Virus record (IMG/VR): IMGVR_UViG_3300027977_000006
DNA: 64,000 nucleotides
Direction: 5' to 3' (one strand)
Source: a virus
Taxonomy: Duplodnaviria > Heunggongvirae > Uroviricota > Caudoviricetes
The notes beneath the pieces were generated by a model. That model did no database searches and was not told where the DNA came from. It worked only from the letters and a program-made list of their open reading frames with translations. The stretch's first letter is position 1. Each line of letters opens with the position of its first letter. The position numbers and the translations under genes are program-made. Of the stretch, positions 47,238 to 57,634 are shown piece by piece.

Positions 47238-49082
47238 TTGATTAATTTAGATGATATAAAAGGACATTCAGCGCTATCACTGTTAGAAAAATACAGTGGC
47301 ATCAACCCCTATTTGTTAAAACTAAGAAACGAATATCTAAAAAACAAAAAAATTTCTTTAACGGAGACCCAATCAAAATATATCATAGAGAACCATGAAC
47401 GTCAACCTTTATACATAAATAGAGTTATCGGTATTACAAAATATTTTGGTGAAGAGCTAAAAAAATTGGATGATTTGTCATTTGCACCAGAAAAAATACT
47501 TATTGAATTCATTTTGGCTGAGACGGATAAATCATTTCATGTATATGGCAAGCTTAAACAAAACCAGAAAGAATCAAAAATGTATTGGTTACCAAAAACA
47601 CAAGTAACTGACGACCCATACTTTGAACCAATAGAAGTTAATGTTGATTTCACCAAATATAACGAAGTTTTGGCCAAAGAAGGTAAGAAATTATACAAGC
47701 ATCAAGAAGAAGGTATTAAATATTTATTATCTCGTAATGGTTGTATATTGGCGTTTGATATGGGATTAGGTAAAAGTGTAATATCAATAATTTCTGCTTT
47801 GGAAAGCGGAGCTAAAAAAATATTAGTTGTTTGTCCATCGTCAGCTAAAATAAATTGGCAAAGAGAAATAAACGTATTCTGTAATCAAACAACAATAGTT
47901 GATGGTAGGAGATGGAATGAAGCCAAATTTACAATAATAAACTACGATATTCTTAAGAATTTCCATACTCTTATTGAACCTAGAAGTAAAAAATCTGATG
48001 ACTCAGAAGAAATAATAAATAGAGAACTTGTTAATGCTAAATTTGATTTGATAATTATTGACGAAGCTCATTATTTAAAAAATAATGATAGTATTCGTGG
48101 TAAAATAATGACCGAATTATCAGTTAAACACGGTGTTCATAAAGTTTGGTTATTAACTGGAACTCCAGTAGAAAACAGACCAATGGACTTATTTAACCTA
48201 CTTAAAATTATTAAATCTCCTTTGGCTGATAATTGGAAACATTATGCTGTTAGATATTGTGATGCTAGAAAAATGTATAGAACCCTTAAAAATGGTCAGA
48301 AAAAGCAAATATGGTTAACAGATGGAGCTAGTAATTTAGATGAGTTAGCATCAAAAACCAAAAATATATTGTTTAGAAAACTTAAATCTGAAGCTTTAGA
48401 TATGCCAGATAAGATTATAACACCAATGCATTATAGATTATCATCAAAAGAATGGAAAGAATATGAAGCGTTATGGGAAGAATATCTTGAAAGAAGGGTT
48501 ATAGAGGGTAAAAAGGTTGGAAATCTTCAAAGAGACCTCGTAGAATTAGTTCTTTTACGTCAGTTTATAGCAGAATCGGCAATACCATATACTATTGAAA
48601 TCGTTGAAAACGCTATTGAACTTGGTAAAAAAGTTATTATATTTACCAACTTTACTGAAGAACTTAAAACGCTTGAAAGTCATTTTGGAAAATTATGTGT
48701 GACTCATAATGGTTTGATGTCAGCAAAACAAAAACAACGCTCAGTAGATGCGTTTCAAAGTAATTCAAAAGTAAAAGTATTTATAGGTAACATAAAGTCT
48801 GCTGGTGTGGCTATTACATTAACAGAAGCAACAGTTGTTGTTTTTAATTCTTTTTCATGGGTTCCAGGACACAACGAACAAGCGGAAGATAGAAGCCATA
48901 GATTGGGGCAAAAAAATGATGTAAATGTATACTACCAGTTATTTGAGGATACTATATCAACAAAAATGTGGGGTATGCTTAACAATAAAAAAGATATCAT
49001 TTCAACGATTATAGGTGATAAAAAACTTACAGATGAAGAAATAATAGAAATAATAACAGAAGAATTAATAAACAAATTATGA
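47238..49082 (+). CDS. SNF2-family helicase
   Basis: DMGLGKS, DEAH, LTGTP..N, G.AITLT, QAEDR.HR.GQ. Confidence 0.93.
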   Translation: MINLDDIKGHSALSLLEKYSGINPYLLKLRNEYLKNKKISLTETQSKYIIENHERQPLYINRVIGITKYFGEELKKLDDLSFAPEKILIEFILAETDKSFHVYGKLKQNQKESKMYWLPKTQVTDDPYFEPIEVNVDFTKYNEVLAKEGKKLYKHQEEGIKYLLSRNGCILAFDMGLGKSVISIISALESGAKKILVVCPSSAKINWQREINVFCNQTTIVDGRRWNEAKFTIINYDILKNFHTLIEPRSKKSDDSEEIINRELVNAKFDLIIIDEAHYLKNNDSIRGKIMTELSVKHGVHKVWLLTGTPVENRPMDLFNLLKIIKSPLADNWKHYAVRYCDARKMYRTLKNGQKKQIWLTDGASNLDELASKTKNILFRKLKSEALDMPDKIITPMHYRLSSKEWKEYEALWEEYLERRVIEGKKVGNLQRDLVELVLLRQFIAESAIPYTIEIVENAIELGKKVIIFTNFTEELKTLESHFGKLCVTHNGLMSAKQKQRSVDAFQSNSKVKVFIGNIKSAGVAITLTEATVVVFNSFSWVPGHNEQAEDRSHRLGQKNDVNVYYQLFEDTISTKMWGMLNNKKDIISTIIGDKKLTDEEIIEIITEELINKL

Positions 49083-49270
49083 AACATTTTGATGATTTAA
49101 AATATATTGATTACGTAATTAGATTTACAAATAAAACTGATAAAACAAATGAATTATTACTTGTTTGTTTAAACATTATGAAAGATGAACCAACATTATC
49201 AATACGTGAAACTATTGATAAAGGCTTATTTGGTTTAGATATAAAATTAGATAATTCATTATTAAAATAA
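49079..49270 (+). CDS. Hypothetical protein
   Basis: 63 aa, ATGA overlap with the SNF2 stop. Confidence 0.6.
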   Translation: MKHFDDLKYIDYVIRFTNKTDKTNELLLVCLNIMKDEPTLSIRETIDKGLFGLDIKLDNSLLK

Positions 49271-49276
49271 TAAACT

Positions 49277-49750
49277 ATGGAAAACTTATTAAAAAGACTT
49301 GAATATAAAATATTTAAGAAATATGAAAAAATAGTTGATGAAGTAAAAGATTATGTTTGGGATTATAAAAAACCAAATAATGACATCACTCAACTCGAAC
49401 ACAATAAAACTTTAAATAGTTTTATTAGATATTACATGAAAGAATTTAAATTAGATGTTATAATTACGTCTGGGGAAATTTGTACAATATTTGATAATTT
49501 TGAAGATTTTCATATCATAGGTGAACATGATGTTTATAACTATAAAAGATACAAATCTGATATTAGTAAAGATTTTGAACCATTTTTTCTTATAAGAGGA
49601 GATGGAAATAATATTGGAGTTGTAATTAAAACCAACATCAGAATTGAAGCGAATAATATTATACTAACAAATACTGATGGTTCGAATTATAAAATAATTG
49701 ATATTTGGTCGTTACCAAGTATTAAACTAATTAAATGTTTTAAAAAATAA
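49277..49750 (+). CDS. Hypothetical protein
   Basis: 157 aa, tightly packed. Confidence 0.65.
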   Translation: MENLLKRLEYKIFKKYEKIVDEVKDYVWDYKKPNNDITQLEHNKTLNSFIRYYMKEFKLDVIITSGEICTIFDNFEDFHIIGEHDVYNYKRYKSDISKDFEPFFLIRGDGNNIGVVIKTNIRIEANNIILTNTDGSNYKIIDIWSLPSIKLIKCFKK

Positions 49751-49753
49751 ATT

Positions 49754-50599
49754 ATGGAAACTAGAAGATTTAAAATACCAGAAAATGGTTTAATACCATT
49801 TGCTAAACGTGGAGAGTCTAAAATAAATAACAATGATGAATTTGAAACTGAGATACTTGATATTGATTTAAAATGGGTTGAAGATTGTTTAAGTGAAGAA
49901 ATTGAAGAATTTAAAAATAAAGGTTTTGTGGAGAAAACTGATACTAATTATGATAAAAAATTAGAAAAACTTAAATTAAAATTACGCACTTCATTAATTG
50001 AATCTAATGTAACATATGAAAAAAAACCTTATTTTATTAAGAGTTTAAATTTACCATATAAAACTAAAACTGGTGGGTATGAGCCTCATATATATAAACA
50101 CCATTTTAATGATTTATCTTTTTGTAGGGAATTAGTGGATGAAGTTGATAGTAGAAATCCAGATGATTGGATTTACTATCCTATTGGAATGTTTTTAGAC
50201 TATAAAATATTTATGGATATTGAAAGTGAATATTCATACCAAGATATTGTTAATTTTTTAGATTGGTTTGAAAATTACCTTAACTTTAAATACGAATTCG
50301 TTGGTGATAAAATTTTATTTGGTAATAAAATAATTAAAATTGAAGATATTTTTAAAGGATGTGAAAACGAAAATATATTGCCATTTATTTTTCATAAACC
50401 AATACCAGTACCATTTGGTGAACTTAAAAATCCATTACCAATGATGAACCCAATTACATATGAACTAATAAATCCAGAATCGTGGGAAGATGGTTTACAC
50501 TTTTCACCAAATATATTTGATGAAAAATATGAAACAAATATGGTTTATGAAGTTAAAAATAAAAAAGTAGTTAGAGTATATAAAAATTTAAACAATTAA
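49754..50599 (+). CDS. Hypothetical protein
   Basis: 281 aa, tightly packed. Confidence 0.7.
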   Translation: METRRFKIPENGLIPFAKRGESKINNNDEFETEILDIDLKWVEDCLSEEIEEFKNKGFVEKTDTNYDKKLEKLKLKLRTSLIESNVTYEKKPYFIKSLNLPYKTKTGGYEPHIYKHHFNDLSFCRELVDEVDSRNPDDWIYYPIGMFLDYKIFMDIESEYSYQDIVNFLDWFENYLNFKYEFVGDKILFGNKIIKIEDIFKGCENENILPFIFHKPIPVPFGELKNPLPMMNPITYELINPESWEDGLHFSPNIFDEKYETNMVYEVKNKKVVRVYKNLNN

Positions 50600-50605
50600 C
50601 TAATT

Positions 50606-50860
50606 ATGATAATAATTTATAGCATACCAGAATGCCCTTATTGCACAGAACTTAAAGAAATCCTTTCAGCTGAAGGCGTTGAGTTTACTGATGTAAATGT
50701 TAATTTACCAGAAAACGAAGAAGAATATAATAAAATTCACGAAATAACGCAATCTGAAGAAGTTCCTATTGTTAGAGTCAACAATCAATTATTGGTCCCT
50801 AATATATCTTTTCAAAGTATTAGAGAAGCTGCTGAGTTAACAAAGAGATTTTTAGCTTAA
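50606..50860 (+). CDS. Glutaredoxin/NrdH-like redoxin
   Basis: IIYS...CPYC...K..L, VP motif. Confidence 0.88.
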   Translation: MIIIYSIPECPYCTELKEILSAEGVEFTDVNVNLPENEEEYNKIHEITQSEEVPIVRVNNQLLVPNISFQSIREAAELTKRFLA

Positions 50861-50875
50861 TTCATGTTTATCTAA

Positions 50876-50883
50876 TATTTATA
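50876..50883 (+). promoter_or_regulatory. TATTTATA putative late-promoter motif (representative; the plus-strand instance)
   Basis: Same coding-strand motif found upstream of 15 minus-strand genes, listed in findings. Confidence 0.6.
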
Positions 50884-50897
50884 AGAAAAGATAAACT

Positions 50898-52040
50898 ATG
50901 CCAGTAAACACAGAAGATAAAGAAAAACTATTTAGACAATTTAGACATTCACTTGGTGCGCCTATTCGTCAAATAGAACTTACCGATGACCAACTTTGTA
51001 CGCTGCTTGAAATTTCTATAGAAGATTATGCACAATATGTACAAGAATGGCTGATAGAACATCAATGGCAATCACTTCTTGGTCAAAATGTTACAACTAC
51101 AGATATGGCATTTGCGCTTAGCGTAAGGTCATTGGATTATGTACAGCAATCAACATATGCTTATTCAAAACAAGTAGGTCTTCAAAGCAATGGCCCATGG
51201 GAACTTAAAAAGGACTATGTAGAACTAGAAGCTGGAAGACAAGTTTATCAAATCCCAGCTGGTCGTGAGGTAAACGAAGTGCTTTGGATTACACCACCAC
51301 CTACAAGCCAAGCTTTATTGGCAAACTACGGAGCCATAGATTATGGATTTGGTGGAGGTTTTGCACAAACTGGTGGTGGAACTGGTACTGGTGGACCAGG
51401 ATTTGCTCGTATGGGTTATTATATAGCGCCAGCGTTTGACATATTGTTAACAGCCGCTGACATGAACCTTAAAAACAGAATCATAAGAAGTGAATTGGTT
51501 TATAAGGTAACAGCTGGGCCAAATGGTACAAAATTATTGCATTTGTTGAGCACTCCAGGTTCTAGATTTTCCTTCGGTCAAGCAATTGGCGGTGCTGGTA
51601 GTACAATCAACTTAACTGGTTGTCAAGTTTGGTATTTCTATTATGACACAAAGCCAGAAAATCTTGACCAATGCTTAAAAGATAACCCAGATATCATAAA
51701 ATATCCTAACCAAATTCCTTTATCTAAATTGGATTACTCTGATTTTAATGAACCAACAAAAACATTAGTTCGTCAATTATTTATTGCCGAAGGTAAAAGA
51801 GCTTTAGGTAGAGTTAGAGGTAAATTTGGAGGTATCGTAGGACCGCCAGAAGCTGAAAGAACCATGGATTATGATAGTCTTTTAAGTGAAGGTAACGAAG
51901 AAAGAAAATTAGTTCTAGAAAGGTTAGACGAAAGACTAAAACGTTTGTCTACAACATCTCAATTAGAACGTAGTGCTAATGAAGCCGAGTATTTAAATAG
52001 AAATTTAAAACACCACCCACTAGGATTTTGGGTTTATTAA
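50898..52040 (+). CDS. Neck protein, gp13-like
   Basis: LGAP...IELTDDQL...I; A..K..LG.VRGKF.G...P......L..EG..E. Confidence 0.8.
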   Translation: MPVNTEDKEKLFRQFRHSLGAPIRQIELTDDQLCTLLEISIEDYAQYVQEWLIEHQWQSLLGQNVTTTDMAFALSVRSLDYVQQSTYAYSKQVGLQSNGPWELKKDYVELEAGRQVYQIPAGREVNEVLWITPPPTSQALLANYGAIDYGFGGGFAQTGGGTGTGGPGFARMGYYIAPAFDILLTAADMNLKNRIIRSELVYKVTAGPNGTKLLHLLSTPGSRFSFGQAIGGAGSTINLTGCQVWYFYYDTKPENLDQCLKDNPDIIKYPNQIPLSKLDYSDFNEPTKTLVRQLFIAEGKRALGRVRGKFGGIVGPPEAERTMDYDSLLSEGNEERKLVLERLDERLKRLSTTSQLERSANEAEYLNRNLKHHPLGFWVY

Positions 52041-52041
52041 T

Positions 52042-52068
52042 AAAAAAGGGGACATTTGTCCCCTTTAT
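52042..52068. terminator. Bidirectional terminator between convergent genes
   Basis: AAAGGGGACA-TT-TGTCCCCTTT. Confidence 0.85.
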
Positions 52069-52071
52069 TGT

Positions 52072-55000
52072 TTAGAATGGCCACCCATCATCATCTACAA
52101 CATTTGCTTCTTTTGGTTGCTCAAAAACATAATCATCTGGAGCATCGCCAAAGGTATCATCAAACTCATCATCTAATTTAAGTTCCTCATCATCTCTACC
52201 TGTTTCAGAGTTCTCGTCTTCATTATCAGAATCTTCTTCATCATCTTCAGAATCTTTCGATTTTTTATTCGATTCATTAGATTGAACAACCGATTTAATC
52301 TCTAAAGCATATTCAGCTATTTTATCAACAACATTATCTTTTTTAGATTCGACTTCATCTATAACAATTGATTCAGTTTCACCGCTAAGAAATCTTTGCT
52401 CGATAATGTATTCTAACCATAATTCATAACGTTGTTCTTCATTTTCACAACCAGTAAGCTTATAAAATTTGTTTCTTTCAACAGCTTTTTTTTCGTATTT
52501 AAAAATATCATCAACGTGACACAATACCTCACCCCATTTTCTGGATGCTAGGTTTCCAGAACCATCACCTAACAAATCACATATAGCAAATACTTCTATT
52601 GGCAACACACCTTTTGTTATTACTTTGTTTAAATCAGCAACTTCTAACTTTTTGAAGATATTCTCTAGAGTATCTTTTTCGTGTTGAATACCTTCAGCTT
52701 TTGCAATTGCCAGTCTGTTATGATAATCTTTTCTTATTGATTCCCATTCTTCAACAGACATGTAGTTAGGTAGTTTATTAACCTTATCCCAGAATTTTAT
52801 TTCTTTGTCTTCCATTGTCATAAGTTCTTTATAAGAATCTTGGTCAGCTTCTTTAAATGGAATACCTGAAATCAACCCACATTCACCCTTTGTAAAGATT
52901 AATCTTTCTTGTAGTTTTTCAGTGACTACTTTGGTGGTTTTATCTTTATGTTTTACAATGTTTAAAAGAATTCTATCACGTATATCAGGGTTGAAACAAA
53001 CTAAAAGTGGTTTTACTTTTTTGTTAAAAGACTCCAAATACTTTTCTACATTGTACTCATCAGTGAATAAAAGAGAGTTTATTTCATCAATACGTGCTTG
53101 AATACTTTCTTGTGATTCTGGGTCTTCTTCAAGTTGAGTCAAAGCTTTATTAAGCATTTCAACTTCTTTAATCAATTCAAAATCACGGTCAACAATTTCT
53201 GGGTCAATTAACTTACAATTTAATTGGACGGTAATTTCAGATGTTGGCGCACTACCATGTTCAGCAATGTACTTTTCCATTTGCTTTTTGGTTAGCTTAG
53301 ACCTGTTTATTGTCTTTAAATCACCTTGTGTCTTTGAATTCCCTGTGTTTATGTAATATAACACATCACCCAAAGTAACATCCATTGCAGCCTTTAAAGC
53401 AAGTTCCATGTGCGCTTGTTTTGGCATTGGATTACCAGCTTTATTTTTCATTGTAGCCTTTTTCCTATATTCGGCCATTGTAGATTTTACCTTTGCTTTG
53501 GTTGCCATCTTAACCAAAGGAATCTGATAGTTATAAATTTTATCAACGTATTGGTAATAGTAATTTATAAATGAATAACCATCACCATCTAGCAACATAC
53601 GAATCGCCTTACTTAAAAAGTCTTCAATATACACTGACATTTTTTTGGATTTGATTGAGTTACCAACCAATTTTATTTTTCCATCAATGTCATTTGCGTA
53701 GTTCTTTCTAGCAAAGTTGATTGTAGCGTTGCAAACATCATCAATATCCAGACCCATACGACCTTCCATATAATTTTCATTAAATTCGGCCAATACAGCA
53801 TCCAACCCAACCAATTCTTTGCCAGCATCATCTTTTGTTTTCCAATGACTTCCATTTGCAACATATTTTATTTCATCTATGTTATCAGGAAAAGCAAAGT
53901 TGAAACCATCTGTATTATGAGCAATAACACCACCTATACCACATACAAAAGTCCCATCTTCTGTGGAAATATCATAAACATATTTGTTAACGTCATTATT
54001 TGTTATGGTTTCGTTTTTCCAAACTTCATCGGTTTTCATTTTTGTTTTATTGGTAAAAGAAGAGTTATTACGATTATGGTTTTTTAACTTAAAATTAATA
54101 AATTTTTGTTTATCTTTACGAGTCACAACTTTATAATCAATACCCAATTCTTTTAAAAGCAAAGAAATTCCAGCCATAGCAATTTGTGATTTCATACCAA
54201 TATCCGAACATGTGTCAATAGAATCTCCATATCCATCAGATGCAAAAACCCCTTCAATAAACGCTTTTTTAATATCTTCAGTTGCATTTAATATTATGTA
54301 TGGTATTTTTTTTTCTCTATATGACGTATAAAAATGTTCACAAAAATTTTTAGAAAAATCAACATTATGTACAACTAGATTATATACACCACTAGATTTA
54401 ATGTGGTCTTTAATCACCCCATTAATGGAAAATTCATTTTTAAGTATTGTTTGTAATTTTTTTAAAAAATCAATTCTTGTATTAGATATTTTCCAATCAC
54501 TTCTTTTCCCTTTATTTATATGGATTTCACCAGTTTTCTTAGATTTATATTTTTGTTTTCTACTAGAACATGTAGCTGAACCGTCACCTAAGAAAAAACC
54601 ATATAAAAAAGCTTGGTCACAATTTAAAGCTGTTTGAACATTATTCATAGGTATTTCATATGTGTCAATAACATCAAATCTTTTAAGTTCAGAAGGTTTA
54701 ACTTCTTTGCCATTTTGAAATAATGAATGGTCTTCCGTAACATTAACCAACCTATCTTTGGTAATTATTCTGTGTATTTTTTTATCTGTGCCATGTCTAT
54801 AAACGTATTTTATTTCTTTCCAACCATTTCGAGTCAAAACTTCAAATGGTTTTTCTTCAAAATCCCTATATTTTTCGATATCTAAAAATTTTGAATTTTC
54901 ATTAAATAAATCACATATTGGTAAGACATCAATGTAATTTTTTTGTGATTTATATCTAATATATACTGGTGTATCATATGTTACTGAATCACCCACTAGT

Positions 55001-56847
55001 GGTTTGAATCCATGTTTTTCTGTAAAGTGTCTAACCATCAAACGAAGAGATTGACGACCACGACAAGTGGTTTCTTCAGCAGAATCCGTATCACCCCAGT
55101 TAAAGATATAAGGTGCACCATATGAACCAAACCATGAGTTTGCAAGAATCTTAAGCGGCAACTGTTTTTTATCGTACAGGGTTGATAACCTTTTATGTTC
55201 TGCAATTTCAGCTTTTAGTGAAGCTATTTCTTCAGCGGTCATGTTGGCTTTATTCTCATCCAATTTTTTCTGAAGTTTTTTGGCTTTACCTTTTTCAATA
55301 CCAGTAAGGAATTTAAAATGGTCACGAGTATCTACAACATATGTTAAAATACCTCTCATAACACCAGATATATCCAAATCTGGAAAGATACTCCAAGTCA
55401 ATTGTGTCTTTGGATAAAGTGCAGCAAAGTCTAACTTAACAACGTTCTTTGCGTAACCAACTTCTAATAGCCTTGAAAGACCACCAGTAAAATCACGCTT
55501 TGTTTGTGTCTCTGGTATTGCCAAACCATTTTCGTAAGACCATGCAGACATAATTAGTTTCCATTGACCTGCCGTACCCATGGTTGAAGAACGCATAAAC
55601 GTTGTTGGTAACATTTTTGCGATAAGGAAAGATGCTTGGTTGTAGAGATTATCTATTTGTTCAGTTTCCCACAAGTCATCACATAGATACCTTTCAACAA
55701 TATATTTTCCAGTTACAATCTTATAACCTTCTTTTAGTGGCGTTTTTTCAGAAATCTTACACCAATCACCGTTGGTGTCATTAAATGCGTAATTATTTAC
55801 TTTGTCAGCCCAAGTTGAATTGATTTTATCGCCTTGAACGTAAACCCTGTTAGGTTTTGCGATTCCAGAGTATTGTGTGATGTACTTCAACCCCCAACTT
55901 TTTATCTCAGAGTTAATAGCCATCGCTCTCCTTACGGCATGAGATATGTCTATTATGTTATAACCGTACATGTTGGTTTGGTTATAGGCTTCTGTTTCAC
56001 CACCTAACTTTAATGTTGCTGATTTTCTTTTTATCTTATGAATCCTATTAAGGGTAATGGCCAAATCACGAATATTCATACCTAATCTTTCAGCTCTTTC
56101 AAAAAGATAAGGCCAGTCAAAGTTTTCAGAGTTATAACCAGCAATGATATCTGGTTGAATAGCGTCAATAATTTTAAAAAACTTTTCTATATTTTCCCTT
56201 TCAGAATCTCTTTTTTCTTGAAGTGTATTGCCAGTAACTTCAAGAACATGTTCTATTCCTCTATTGTTTCTAAAACCTATTTGGAATATACCATGCTTTG
56301 ATGCTGATAACCCTTCAGTCTCCAAGTCAAACTGAAACCTATGAACGTTATCATAGTCTTCCATTCCTTTAAATAAACGTTTCCCTGTTTGTATAAGAAA
56401 CTGTTCGATTGGACTAAATAAAACAAATAACTTTGAGTGCGCTTTAAATACGTCAACACCACCTTCGTTAAAGAAATTAATAAGTGTGTTGTAGGAGCCT
56501 TTACATTTAGCTATGTATTTGTAACCATTTTCCATTCTGGCTGGCGTATGTCCCTCATCATTCGATGTTCTAAGTTTTGTAATCTTAACATCGAACTTTT
56601 GACAAGCTTCGAGTATTTTCATACGCTTGCCACCATACATGAGTTCTGTTACATCATGCTTAAACCATAAAAAAGGTTGATATTTATGCTCCTCTAATCT
56701 TTTACCAGAGGTAGGGTCATTTATGACCAAAGTAACTTTTGGTTCGTGATATTCTGCCTCAACAGCAACAATATATTTTTGTGGGTCTGAGCCTTGTAGG
56801 AATTGTTCAATCCTTTCATTCGTAAAAACCTGTTTTGTTTCAGCCAT
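52072..56847 (-). CDS. Family B DNA polymerase containing an intein
   Basis: Exonuclease FDLET, GYNSENFD, Y...D; polymerase DFAALYP, K...KILANS.FG, GD|TDG, RKNYA. Confidence 0.95.
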   Translation of the reverse strand: MAETKQVFTNERIEQFLQGSDPQKYIVAVEAEYHEPKVTLVINDPTSGKRLEEHKYQPFLWFKHDVTELMYGGKRMKILEACQKFDVKITKLRTSNDEGHTPARMENGYKYIAKCKGSYNTLINFFNEGGVDVFKAHSKLFVLFSPIEQFLIQTGKRLFKGMEDYDNVHRFQFDLETEGLSASKHGIFQIGFRNNRGIEHVLEVTGNTLQEKRDSERENIEKFFKIIDAIQPDIIAGYNSENFDWPYLFERAERLGMNIRDLAITLNRIHKIKRKSATLKLGGETEAYNQTNMYGYNIIDISHAVRRAMAINSEIKSWGLKYITQYSGIAKPNRVYVQGDKINSTWADKVNNYAFNDTNGDWCKISEKTPLKEGYKIVTGKYIVERYLCDDLWETEQIDNLYNQASFLIAKMLPTTFMRSSTMGTAGQWKLIMSAWSYENGLAIPETQTKRDFTGGLSRLLEVGYAKNVVKLDFAALYPKTQLTWSIFPDLDISGVMRGILTYVVDTRDHFKFLTGIEKGKAKKLQKKLDENKANMTAEEIASLKAEIAEHKRLSTLYDKKQLPLKILANSWFGSYGAPYIFNWGDTDSAEETTCRGRQSLRLMVRHFTEKHGFKPLVGDSVTYDTPVYIRYKSQKNYIDVLPICDLFNENSKFLDIEKYRDFEEKPFEVLTRNGWKEIKYVYRHGTDKKIHRIITKDRLVNVTEDHSLFQNGKEVKPSELKRFDVIDTYEIPMNNVQTALNCDQAFLYGFFLGDGSATCSSRKQKYKSKKTGEIHINKGKRSDWKISNTRIDFLKKLQTILKNEFSINGVIKDHIKSSGVYNLVVHNVDFSKNFCEHFYTSYREKKIPYIILNATEDIKKAFIEGVFASDGYGDSIDTCSDIGMKSQIAMAGISLLLKELGIDYKVVTRKDKQKFINFKLKNHNRNNSSFTNKTKMKTDEVWKNETITNNDVNKYVYDISTEDGTFVCGIGGVIAHNTDGFNFAFPDNIDEIKYVANGSHWKTKDDAGKELVGLDAVLAEFNENYMEGRMGLDIDDVCNATINFARKNYANDIDGKIKLVGNSIKSKKMSVYIEDFLSKAIRMLLDGDGYSFINYYYQYVDKIYNYQIPLVKMATKAKVKSTMAEYRKKATMKNKAGNPMPKQAHMELALKAAMDVTLGDVLYYINTGNSKTQGDLKTINRSKLTKKQMEKYIAEHGSAPTSEITVQLNCKLIDPEIVDRDFELIKEVEMLNKALTQLEEDPESQESIQARIDEINSLLFTDEYNVEKYLESFNKKVKPLLVCFNPDIRDRILLNIVKHKDKTTKVVTEKLQERLIFTKGECGLISGIPFKEADQDSYKELMTMEDKEIKFWDKVNKLPNYMSVEEWESIRKDYHNRLAIAKAEGIQHEKDTLENIFKKLEVADLNKVITKGVLPIEVFAICDLLGDGSGNLASRKWGEVLCHVDDIFKYEKKAVERNKFYKLTGCENEEQRYELWLEYIIEQRFLSGETESIVIDEVESKKDNVVDKIAEYALEIKSVVQSNESNKKSKDSEDDEEDSDNEDENSETGRDDEELKLDDEFDDTFGDAPDDYVFEQPKEANVVDDDGWPF
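53914..54987 (-). mobile_element. Ser-start intein with LAGLIDADG endonuclease, 358 aa, in the PolB GDTD motif
   Basis: VGD|SVTYDT...VTEDHSL...LYGFFLGDG...FIEGVFASDG...VYDIST...AHN|TDG. Confidence 0.93.
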
Positions 56848-56862
56848 TTGTATAATTTATTA

Positions 56863-56960
56863 CAAAGGTACAAATGTTTTTCGAAGCGGACAAGGAAAAG
56901 CTAAAATATTTTTTTAACTTTGTAATGTACAAAGTTACGAAAATAATCTTATACTTGCAA
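56863..56960 (-). promoter_or_regulatory. Two tandem host-type promoters for the polymerase
   Basis: TTGTCC-N17-TACCTTTG (56893-56863) and TTGCAA-N17-TAACTTTG (56960-56930). Confidence 0.72.
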
Positions 56961-56969
56961 GAAAATGAG

Positions 56970-57344
56970 TTATTTTAATATTCCTTGGTCAAGCACATTT
57001 ACGTACAAAGTTTCTCTAATAGGTACGATTAATGTTCCAGTACCATCTAGAAATTCTATTGTAAACTGACCAACGTATCTTCCAGGAACGGCAGTATCTC
57101 TGGATGTAAATTGATAAATAATATAATATTCTTCACCAACACACCCACTATATGGTTCAACCAATTGGACCCCAGTTTCTTTTTTTGCTATTCTTTTAAC
57201 ACCAGTGACAACATCTGTCATGGTAAAATAAATATTTGCATTCTGAACCGCATCATAAAATCTATTGAAATCATTGCGACCATCCTGTATAAGCTCAAGC
57301 TTCAATATTGGTAAAGTAGCGTTTTTATTTATATTAAAATTCAT
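56970..57344 (-). CDS. BppU-like small structural protein
   Basis: F.I.K..TLP.L..., Y.F...DT...G.Y...F.I.F......P pattern. Confidence 0.55.
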   Translation of the reverse strand: MNFNINKNATLPILKLELIQDGRNDFNRFYDAVQNANIYFTMTDVVTGVKRIAKKETGVQLVEPYSGCVGEEYYIIYQFTSRDTAVPGRYVGQFTIEFLDGTGTLIVPIRETLYVNVLDQGILK

Positions 57345-57349
57345 TCTAG

Positions 57350-57622
57350 TTAAATTAAATTAGTTATTTCATAATAAATATTACCAAGATTATCAACCAC
57401 CTTATCAATACCTTCACCTTTTTTAACCTTAACTTTTTTAGTTTCTGAAAAAGTATAACTTTCTAGTTCCCATCCATCAGGAATAATAGGTGTTTCTTTT
57501 GATTTAATAATGTATTTAGAGAATAGTTTATTGCTTGATAGTTCTTTAAATGTAGCAACTGTTCCCCAAAATGTAAGCAACATTCCTGTATTTTCTTTTG
57601 CTATTTGTGTTTCTATGTTCAT
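57350..57622 (-). CDS. Hypothetical protein
   Basis: 90 aa, packed in the fibre cluster. Confidence 0.6.
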   Translation of the reverse strand: MNIETQIAKENTGMLLTFWGTVATFKELSSNKLFSKYIIKSKETPIIPDGWELESYTFSETKKVKVKKGEGIDKVVDNLGNIYYEITNLI

Positions 57623-57634
57623 GTTTTTATAATT

